Shown here: positions 1 through 11,600 of the stretch, in pieces
Layout: every line of letters starts with the position of its first letter
Numbering within the stretch: the stretch's first letter is position 1
Assembly: GCF_036321535.1 (NCBI RefSeq)
Contig: NC_087436.1
Coordinates: forward strand, 70,186,001-70,250,000
Direction of reading: 5' to 3'
Length of the DNA stretch: 64,000 nt
Source of the DNA: Camelus dromedarius
Taxonomy: Eukaryota
The notes under the pieces: model-generated
The model's database searches: none
What the model was told of the DNA's origin: nothing
Seen by the model: the letters and a program-made list of their open reading frames with translations, nothing else
Made by a program: the position numbers and the translations under genes

Positions 1-606
1 CTTAAAATACAAATCCTTAAAAGCTAGGGTTGGAAGCACTGTTACAAGTATCTAGTCCAATGTGGCAGTTGTGTTTCACAGGTGGAAATAGACGTAGAAT
101 GGGACACGACTTGCCCTGGGTCACACAGTAAGTGGGGGCAGAGCAAGTGCTGGAACTCAGATCTCCTGACTCTTGCTTCTATGCTCTTCCCACTTGACCA
201 GAAGCGTCAAGGTCAGGACTTGGTCTTGTTCACCTTTGCTTCTTTTCCTCCTCTCTCCCCAGTCTTTGATTACCTATTCCTGGATTATGTATTCTTTTCC
301 ACTGAGCTGTTTTCTTCACTAATACCACACAGTTTTAAACATGATATTGTTAAAATGTTTTATTGTTATCATATGGCTAGTTAATAAATTTTTCCTGAAA
401 GAGGAAGCACTGAGTCTCAAGAAGTAGGAGATTTTTTATTTTTACAAAATATTACCTATTCTGAAAGCATGAATAATTTTAGAACTATCTGATAATCTAG
501 GATTGGTTCCCTGAAAAGCACACTGAATAGAGTGTGTGTGTGTGTGTTTAGGGTATGTTTATGTTGTAAAAAATATTAAAATACTGCTTTGTTTTTATCA
601 CCTTAG

Positions 607-724
607 CTAAGAAAACTTTTCTTGGACAAAATAAATCCTTCTGGGGGCCTCTAGAACTTGTAGAAAAGCTTGTTCCAGAAGCTGCAGAGATAACAGCAAG
701 TGTTAAAGATCTTCCAGGACTTAA
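607..724 (+). CDS. RUFY3: RUFY3 coding exon (RUN domain; [40 protein letters not shown])
   Basis: ccttag| acceptor, |gtaagt donor, 118 nt. Confidence 0.95.
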
Positions 725-3700
725 GTAAGTTTAAGGTTGAATTCTGTTTGTCAGGGAAAATATTCTTAACGATCTCCTTCAGGAGTGAGACTAAAGACAA
801 TGATGACCGTAATCATTTATTTCATAACAATCTGAAATGCAACATGTTGTTATGACTAGAACAGGTGGTGTTATGAGAGAACTGGTAATGTAGAATACTG
901 AGAAGTGTGCCTGCAAAGGATAGTTATGATTGATCTAACAGAGGTTGTCTTCATGTTAAGATACCAACCATTTTCGTATTTTTTCTAAGCACCTGTGGGT
1001 ATAAGCTGCTGAGTCTCAACAAATTAGATCTAGGGAGGTAGCATGTTGGACTTGACTTAAGACAAAGAATGTGTTCGATGGAGTTGGAGAGCCAAGATTA
1101 AAACAGCTGTCAAGTGAATCTCAGGAACTGACACCCAGAACCCAGCTTGGAACTTGAAAAAGAGTAGAAATCACCTTCCCAAATTAGACTGGTCTAATTT
1201 TAATCAGGTAGAGGTCTATGTGGCCTGTGATCTCATTATTAATGTTTGGGTACTTACATGACCCACATTTCATTGATGATGATTTTCCAAAAGTAGTCTG
1301 CTGGAACATTTTCAATTTGGCCTCCCAGAGGTCTTGTCTTCAAATTGTAGTCTCATTCAGTAACTAATTCCTCACAAGAGCATTTGTCCCAAACACACCC
1401 CTGGCTCCCACTAGCATGCACAGAATTCCTCACATAGAGATGTGGTGGGAGAAGCTATGAGGAACAGGGTATACTGGGTGACCACTAGCAAGAGTAAGTG
1501 AATCTGTCCCCACTGTGGCCCCAGTCTCTGCAACTTTTCATTGTTTGGTTTCTGTGTTTTTTGTAGGACACCGGTAGGCAGAGGAAGAGCCTGGCTTCGT
1601 TTGGCATTAATGCAGAAGAAACTTTCAGAATATATGAAAGCTTTGATCAATAAGAAGGAACTTCTCAGGTATGAACATCTTCTTGAACTTTGTTCTTTTC
1701 TTGCCATGTTCTATATTGTATGAGGTTGAATCATGTAAATTTATCATTTTTGTAGATCAGAAACAGTTGATTCATGATAGTTTCACATAGTTCAACTAAT
1801 ACTTCCTCCCACATCACATACACACATACTCAAGAACAGATATTTTTATATTACGTGGGTTCACACTGTCTTTGTGGCATATATGGTCCTTTGCAGGGCA
1901 AGTCAAAATTTAACACCTCCAGAAAGCAGGAGAGGCTTTTGACACCTTAACATTTACCCAGGCTCACTAAGGCAGGAAGTGGACATGTAATGTTAAATTT
2001 AAATTCAGCACACAAAAAAATTTCCAGCTGAGTCATAGGTATGAATGGGAAAAAGAAAACAATAAAAATGTTTAGAAGAAACCTAAGTTAGACAAAAATT
2101 TCTTAAACAGGACACAAAAAGTTCTACCTGTAAAGGAAAAAATGGATGGATAAATTGGTCTACATTAAAATGAAGAACTTCTGTTCATCAAAAGACATTC
2201 TTAAGATTAAGAATGAGAGGCAACCCATAGCTCTAAAGGAGATACTTGTAATACATAATGTATATATTCAACAAAGGATGCATATTCCAGGTATATAGAG
2301 AACTCCTTCAATCCAAAAAGAAAAAGGCAGATGAGCAAATATAAAAATGAATAAAGGACTTCAATAGGCATTTCACAAAAGAAAAAATTGCAATGGCCAG
2401 TAAACATTAAAAGATACCTAATTTCACTAATTATCTTGTAAATTCAAATTAAAACAGCAATGTGATAACCTCACACAACCACCAGAATGGCTAAAATGAA
2501 AAAGACAGATAATGCCAAGTGTTGATGAGGATGTGAAGCAACATTAGTGTCCTGCTGATGAGCTAATTGGTTCAGAAACTTACGAAAATAGTTCGGTATC
2601 CTTTATTAAAGCTGATCATAAGCATACCTTGTGATTCCATTTCTAGTTAGTATAGCCAACAAAAATGCATAGTTATGTTCAACAGAAGACATGAGCGAGA
2701 ATGTTCATAGCTATTACAATGTTTGTAATGGACCCCAAGTGTCCATTCACAGTAGAATGCATAAGTAAATTATACCATACAATGAAATACGATACAATGG
2801 TTATTCCTCATACAATGAAATACCATACAGCAACTACGCACAGCAATATGGATTTATCTCACTAGTGTAACGTTGGGCAGCAAAACCGTACATGAAAAAT
2901 ACATTGCACGTTACTCGGTTTATGTAAAGTTTGGAAGTATATACAACTTATCTTTCATGATAGAAGTCAGGAAAGGGCTACTATTGGTGTGGTGGGGATA
3001 GTAATTGGGGGTAGAAGCAGCATAAGATGGCTTTTGAGGTTCTGATAATAAACTTTTTTCATATGGTGCTGGTTGCACAGATGTGTTCTCTTCATGAAAA
3101 CGCATCCAGCTACATTGTATGATGTGGGTAGTTTTTTATATATACTTTATAGGTCATTAATGTTTACACAGAGAAATTCAAATATAGCAGATTGCCTCTG
3201 AGAAATAGTGTAAGAACAAGTAACAGAGAATTTAAAGACATGGTTGGATTTTCCAAGAGTCTAGTTTTCACAAGAAGTTGTGCTCCAGATCCTAATACTG
3301 AGCATTGTTTTAATGTTGCTGCAGCTGCATATGCCATTGATTGTTGTTTTCTTGCCAAAGAAAATTAAACAAATCAGGATAAAGAGAAATACGAACCATT
3401 CAAGGGAACTTGTTTATTTCCACAAAGGGAGGGCTCCACTTTCCAAGGGTCAAGCCTTGAAGTGGTGTAGGGTCTAATGTTTAAGCAGTAGGTGGCTTCA
3501 GGGGAGTGTCTTCAATCAAAATTGTGTGGTTCAAATTGGGGTCTGAAGATTTAGCTCTCGATCCAGCAGAGCACCTGATTAGATGGGTTCAGCCTTGTGA
3601 ACTAGACAGAACACTTTGTATACATATTTTCACTCACTTTGACCCAGCAGTTTTACACCATAGGTGTGTGTAAGAGAAGTGCAGGTGTTTATGCCCCAAA

Positions 3701-5704
3701 AACTGTGTGCAGTCGTGTTCAGAAAAGCATTGGAGCCTGCACAACAGAGACAGCGAGTGGAGTGAATCCACTGTGGCAAATTCGTACCACGAACACTGTC
3801 CAGCAGTGAAATGAATGAACTGCCATTGCATTCAGCAATACATGTGAATCTCACAAATAAAAGAACGCATGAAGGAAGCCAGACACAAGAAGTGTTTACT
3901 GTATGTCTTTAGGGCTAATAAACTATTAAGCAACGTGTTCATTCCAGTTCTACTCAGCTTTCTTCACAGGTTGTCAAAGAACAAAATAGCACATGGGCTA
4001 TTATTGAAAGAGAGGGCAATTTGCAGATCATTTTGTGCTGTTTTTGAACTGTTTACCATTTGTTAATATTTTTTATAGAGAATCAAAAAAGAAAGGCAAA
4101 TGCTTTGTTTCTCTTCTGCTTTTTTATTTCTAAGTCATTTTCAGCCTGTTACGCCTGGCCTGTGGAATGTGTCATGGTAAAAAGCCAAAACAGCCACCTG
4201 TTCATCAGAGAGAGGCTGGCTAAGAAAAAGGAAGTTTTGGCTATAACCATTTATACTACAGCCATACAGTGGAATATTATAAAGGCCAGTATAAATGAAG
4301 CTGCAGAAAGTCATCTATTGCAATAGAAATCTACTCACACTATCATTAAGCCAAAAAAAGAAATTCAAGATAATCTAATGGTATAATGCTTCTTTAGTAT
4401 CTCTCAAAAATATAAGTATGTCTCCATGATGATCTGAAAGGTTATATATCACGTTCTTAACAAGTCATTGGTGGGTAGAATTAAAGGATTCTTGTGTGCT
4501 TCTTTTTGCTTGCTTCTTTTTCTTTTTTCTGTAGTGAGAACTGACTTTATTAAACAATAGAAGACCCCTTAAACATTTTAAATCATCTGCAACCTATTAT
4601 GGGTGCTGATAGGCAACTTTTTTGCTAATTAGTCAAAAGGGAATGAATATAAGTTATTCAACAGTTCACATTTTTTTTTAATGTTTATTCACTGTGTGAA
4701 AGGAATGTGGTACTTAACTAGAATTAAAAATTAAGCAGATCAGAAAAAAAGCAAATTTTTAAAAGCAAATAATTTTTAAGATGCATTAAAGATTGAATAA
4801 TTATCCCATGTACATCACAAATGCAGATATGTAGGGAAAGCATGATTTGTTCACTTCAGTAAAAATACCATTCTGATCACTTTTCTTCTAGCTGTTCATG
4901 CACCTATTATCTAAAATAAAGTATCCAAAAGAAAAAAGAAAAGAAATAAAGTATCCAAGCCATCCTTGTTTTTACTTTTTTTTTGCTATTATCATAGATG
5001 ACCATATTTAACCATGAGGACTTCACTTTTCTTCTTGTCTTGTGATTACATCATTGGATTCTTGAGGTTTTATTGCAGTAGAGCATTCTATGGATTTCTC
5101 TTACAGTGAATTCTATGAACCCAATGCCCTCATGATGGAAGAGGAAGGAGCCATAATTGCTGGTCTTTTGGTGGGTCTGAATGTCATTGATGCCAATTTC
5201 TGTATGAAAGGAGAAGATCTGGACTCTCAGGTATGAGAAGGATACTCAGTTACCTGGTGTGTCACTGTCAGTTCTGTTACCTTAGAATTTGGATTGATGG
5301 GATTATACCAACCAAATAAGGGGAAGTTCTATATGTCATAAGTAGGATTTCCTTTAATGTTGATGTGAATATAAAAAGTGTGTTTTTCCTTCCACCTTGG
5401 CTCATTTATGCATAATGAATGTTTTTCAAATTCTTTTCTTGACTGTGATCCCCATTAAAAATATTTTGCACAGGCTGAAAAAAATATATATATATACTAA
5501 GATATATACACAGGGGTTTAGTAGCAGAATATTTGAAATAAGCAAAAGAGAAAGAAACATTAAACCTTAAATTTACATTAAGTGTTCTGGTGACTTTTTT
5601 TTTTTAATTTTTAAATTTTTTAATGGAGGTACTGGGGATTGAACCTAGGACCTCCTGCATGATAGGCATATACTCTACCACTGAGCTATACCCTCCCCAA
5701 CCCT

Positions 5705-5748
<44 letters not shown>

Positions 5749-8615
5749 TTTTTCTTTTGACTTTTTAGTCATGTCATGATCCTGCTGACTTAATCTTGAT
5801 TCTTTACTTATAATACTTGTCAGTTCTTGATTATAATAAAACATTAAATTTGCATTAAAAATTTCTAGTAATTGTCATGACTGTGCTACTATTTTGAGTG
5901 CCTAGAAGGAGCCATTGTGTTATGGCTTGGGGAAAGTATCTAATTTTATATTAAATTCTGAAAATTCTTTCTGTAGGTTGGAGTTATAGATTTTTCAATG
6001 TATCTCAAGGATGGGAACAGCAGTAAAGGTAGTGAAGGGTATGTACAAAGAAAACTAGTGTTCCTTTTTCTTTAGTGTTCTTAATACTATTTAAAGTTCA
6101 CAACAATACTTCTTTCACAGATGTACGGAAAGGATTTCTGATGATTTAGCTTTAATAGAATCTTGTCAAAAGTATCTGACTGTTGTGCCTGCTAAACCTT
6201 AAAAGGGGATTTAGTTAAGTGGATTTTCTTGCTATGCGGTTCAGGTTTATAAAAATTTTTATAAAAGGAACTCAGTGCTCCGTCTCATTTGAAAACATGA
6301 TCTTCTTGACCAGAGGATTGTATTTTCAGTTTGCTTAAAATTTGCTCTATTACTATGTGCATCACTGGGTTGTGTGAAATGTTAACATTACAGGGAGCTG
6401 AATGAAGAGTATCTAGGAACTCAGCACTACTTTTACAACTTCTGTAAATGTAAAATTATTTCAAAATTTGAAGTTTTTAAAATATCCATATGGTACTTGG
6501 AAATTGGAGATCAGAAGCTCACCTTATAACTTTTATAAATTTAGCAGTTGACCCACGTAGAAAACAAACTTATGGTTACCCGGGGTGGGGAAGAGGGTGG
6601 GAAGGGATAAATTGGGAGTCTGAGATTTGCAGATACTAACTAATATATATAAAATAGATAAACAACAATTTCATACTGTATAGCACAGAGAACTATATTC
6701 AATATCTTGTAGAAACTTATGTTGAAAAAGAATATGAAAACAAATATATGTATGTTCATGTATGACTGAAGCATTATGCTGTACACTGGAAATTGACACA
6801 ACATTGTAAATTAACTATACTTCAATAAAAATACATATATATAATAAAATAAAAAGTAAACTCAGCAGTTGAAAGCATAGTCTGAAGTTTTGAACCTTGG
6901 GTGTTGAGCTAAGATTATTATATGGCTTTTTCTTTAAGTAGTGTTAGAGAGGTATGTGGCCTTGAATTTTGTCTTTAAGTTGAAAAGTCTGTTTAACTTT
7001 TGCCTACTCTAGTTGGCTCCAGAAGTAAACCTCCTTTTTCCACATTTAACTTTCTTATGTAATAATAAACACTTGATCTTTGTGAAAATCTTTTATACCT
7101 TTCACCTTGAAATTCAAATAGCATTTAAAGACAAATATTTAGCCTTTGAGAACAATTATTACACCTGAGTAAGCGTAATTCAATTCCTATGACACATGGA
7201 ACATTGCTACTGTAAATCATACTAGCAAAGCTAAAAAAGTCCATCAGTTACGAGAAGAAAATTTTTATTCTTTAAAAGCCTCTAATAGATTGCACATGAT
7301 ACCTATAACCTAAGTCATTAAGAGGTGTAAGCTATAACAAGGGCTCTATTAACATGTAGGGGCAGGGGGTTCAGTTTTAAACCACTAAGTCTCTCTCGTT
7401 GATAATGTCGAGGGAATTAGATATCAGGTCTATCTTCTAGTTCGGTGTGTCTATGACATAATTTCCTTTCTGTATTTTATGAAAAGATTAGGGGCAGGAG
7501 GCATCTTGGTATTTCTAATGTTATTTATTTTAGTTTTATTTTTAACCTTTTTCTCCCCAGAGATGGCCAGATTACTGCAATTCTGGATCAGAAGAACTAC
7601 GTAGAAGAACTCAACAGACATCTGAAGTAAGGAATTAGTAAACAGTTACTGGGGGTTTTGGTGTGGGGGGAGGGAAGTGTAAACTGGTGAGTAGTTAGGA
7701 TAAATTCAGGCAATACTCAACTATATATAAATTCCTGCTTGCCAGGCACTGAGCTAAGCCCTGGATAAGTGGCATTTAATTGTCTTGGTGACCTTTAATG
7801 AAAGGCAGAATAAAACTAGTATGTAATTAGAACTCTAGGGATTATGTAAATATACTCAGTTAAGAATTCTTAAGTTTGTGACATAGACAGTTGAAATTGG
7901 AGGTCTTCTTGGTTCAGTAGATCCAGCCACATATTTCAGGACTAATCTTGGGTTAACCACTTGTTGTTTTGGTACCTTTAGGTTAGTCACATCTTGTTGG
8001 TCCCTTGCTTTTCTCATACATGAGATTGATAATATTAATTTGCCCTCTTTTCACCAACACTACCACTAATTTACCAAGTACTCACCAAGTATTTTTCATG
8101 ACCAGAACATAAAACAATCTCTTTTCTCTTGAGGAGAGCTATCCAAAATGTACTGGTATTCTCAAGTACATTGATGTTCTAAAAACTGTTGAGTAAGTCA
8201 GAAGAATTAATATATCCATTAATTATTTGTAGTTCTCTTATGAAAGATAATCATTGTAATTTAAGTAAGACCTAAAATATGATTCTGTTAGTATCAATAT
8301 AAATTATAGTCTTGGTTCCGTCTAGAAAACTCAAGAACAATTTAAGTACATTTTCTCTGGAGACTGAGTACTAATAATGAACAGTGAACTGTGGCAATGT
8401 TAGCCAAGCAAAGATATGGTTACAGTTGACAGTGAAATATAAATATAACACTATTATTTACTTTCAGTGCCTCAGTTTCTTTATCTGTAGTTGAGGATAC
8501 TGAAGGTGGGGTTGTTGAAAGCAATAAATGAAATAATGAAAGTAAAATCATTCAGAAGAGTGCTTGGTGACTGGCAAGCACATCATAATTCATGTAGCCT
8601 AGTATTCTTATTGTA

Positions 8616-8696
<81 letters not shown>

Positions 8697-11600
8697 ATAA
8701 ATCTTGAAGTTTACAGTGTAGTGCATCAGCTCTTTTATTTCATCAACAAATACTTAGTAAATACAAATTTCAATGCCAAGGATGTAGCAGGTAAGATACA
8801 TATTGTCTTGTAAGCTGTCTTAGAGCCTGAAAGTCAAGAATTGTGGACAGTAAACAATGAATGATAAGTATGATGGGTGTTTTGAAAGAAAGTACAGGAT
8901 ATTATTCTGTTTCTCAAAGGAGACTGTTATGTTTTTTCTTCTCTTGATAGTGCTACTGTGAACAACCTTCAGGCAAAAGTGGATGCATTAGAAAAATCCA
9001 ACACTAAGCTGACAGAGGAGGTAAGTGTTTTGGAAGTTCTTTGATTGCCTTATGGAATTTAGTAATGTGCATTAGTGGAAAATAATTTCTCTGGAGCCTT
9101 GAAAATAAAGGACTTGACTTTTCAGATAATACCTGCTATAGGGCTCCTTGTTCTGACAAGAATGGCCAGCTGGCTTATCTCAGGGGTCAGTTATCCAGTT
9201 GGACTTTGTAGGCATAGAACCTGGGCTGCTCAGGTATTTTGCTTTCTTTTGTGTGTTTTGTCTGGGCTAGCCTGGAGGTAATGTTTAGCAGATAGCATCA
9301 TATCTGTTCAACAAACACTTTAGGTACCACTTACATGCCAGAGCTAGACAAAGATTTATACCTGCCAGGCATTGATTTCTGTGTGCCAGATTGGCAAGCT
9401 CCCTACCTGCACAGGTTTTGTTTTCTCCCTGGGGTGATGGGACAGATAATGTAAAGAACACTGGTCAGAAGACCAGTAGTTCCTGCTTACATGTCATGTG
9501 CTCCTGAGCAAGTAAGTCACTTGACTTGCAGGAGGCCCAGTTCCCTCACTGGCACTTTAGGGTGTTTACACTTCCCCTTTTAGCCTCCAATTACCCTGAA
9601 AGTCAGGTAAGAATGTATATGTGAAAACTCTTAGAAAAGTCCCTAAAATAAGGATAAAAAAATAACCTCATATTTTACTTCTGATTCATATATTTCCTCC
9701 CCAGCTTACAAAGGCTGAGCTGCATATTTTTTTCTTCAACAGCATTAGATTGAATAGATTAGTTTCTGTGAAAAACCTTAAGTAAAAATTTTCAGGTGGC
9801 AAAGGCTTTATCTTCTCTCTTTCTTTTAGTTATAACTATCCTTTTACATACAGTGAGATAAATGTGGCTTAAACGCAGCATAGGTGGACCTGGAGGGTAT
9901 TATGCTTAGTGAAATAAGTTAGACAGAGAAAGATAAATAATGTATGTTATCACTTACGTGTGGAATCTGAAAGATGAAACAAATGAATATAACAAAGCAG
10001 AAACAGACTCACAGATGTAGAGAACAATTAGTGGTTACAATGGGATAGGGAAGTGGTGAGGGGCAAGGTCGGGGTAGTGGATTAAGACATGTGAACTGTT
10101 ATGTATAAAATAAATAAGCTACAAGGATATAATGTACAGTAGAGGGAATACAGCCAATATTTTATAATACCTTCAAGGCTATAATATAATAAACATTTAT
10201 AATCTACAGATTTTACATATAGAGAGTATAATCTATAAAAATATTATATCACTATGTTATATACCTGAAACTAATATAATATTGTAAATCAAATATACTT
10301 CAAAAAAACTGGTATAAAAAAAGGAACTTAAAACCCTAGTCAGGAAATGCCATCTAATCAGATTTTTTCAGAATGAACATTTTCATTGTTATAACTTTAC
10401 AACACCTTCCTTATTACTCGGCTCTGTGGGCTTAATTTTTGGATGTAGATTCTTAAATTATATTAAAACTTTAACTTATGGATATGACCGTTAGCATTTT
10501 ATCCCACAAGCCTTTTGAAATATTCTGCACAAAACTTTCTACTGTGATTCTATTGCTATTCTATGGAGGCAATGGGGCATAGCAGTTAAGCATGCTCTCC
10601 AACACTGGACTGCTTGGGTTCGTGTCCCAGCTCTGGCACTTGCTGGCTTTTTGATCATGGGTCAGTTACTTAAGCTTCTTTCTATTCCTTGGTTTACTTA
10701 TCTGTAAAATAAAGATAAGAACAATAATAAGATTTTTGTGCAAATTAAATGATTTAATACATAAGGGCCTAGACCAGTGCCTGACACATCATATGTACTC
10801 AGTAAATGCAGTTGATTATTTTATTCCTTCAGTCACAAGACTTGTTCTCTTGACCTGGATTTATTTTACCAACAGTATTAGTGTATTCATTCATTCAGTT
10901 ATTTATTTTACCAGTAAGATTTAGTTTTTTGAAACTTTAAACTTTTAGAGATAGGTAAGTGCTGTGCATAGACTTTATAAAGAGCAGATAAGCCTAATGA
11001 GGTCCACCTTCTCTCATTTCCATCTATTTTGGATTTAAGGGGACCAGTAAAAAACAAACAAACAAACAAAAAAAGACCTTCTTTCCCCTCCTGAGTTCTG
11101 AACCAATATGACAAAGTGAGAAGAATGGAGCAGATGCAGATAGGTAAACATCCACTTTAGTTGGTAAAGCTGACTTAGAAAGCCCACTTGGATCTGCAGT
11201 CATCATTCCTAACATTTCTCTGATGGTAAGACCTTGGCAGAAGCAGTCTGAGGGCGCGCTTGGCGCTAGAGAGCAGACCCACCTGCCCAGAGTTACTTCA
11301 TTATGCTTCACAAGGCCGGTGGAGCAGAGAGAAGTGGGCTGCCGGCACTGCCTGTAAATCGTGCCTGAGCCTGGCTTCTCTGTACTGACACGTTAGACGA
11401 GGAACCACGTGGAGGCAAGAAGGCAGATGGCCCGGCTGAGAGGGGCTGGCTCCGTTCCTCTCCCAGCCTCCTTCAGGCACCTTCCATTCCCTGTGGGAAA
11501 CTGAGCTGGGTAGGTGCAGAGAAGGATAGTGTTTCCGCTTGGTTCTTCTCTCGTGTGAAATGGGGATGTGTTTCCCTTAGCGATATACTGTTCATAACAT

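Noticed and set aside
800..901. Possible C/D box snoRNA (ATGATGA ... CTGA) in a RUFY3 intron
   Set aside because: No terminal stem and no evident guide sequence; such motifs are frequent by chance in AT-rich DNA
6246..6265. 20-bp perfect palindrome TTTATAAAAATTTTTATAAA
   Set aside because: Pure A/T low-complexity sequence, plausible by chance
8491..8813. ORFs with YIYIYI repeats
   Set aside because: Translation of the (TA)n microsatellite
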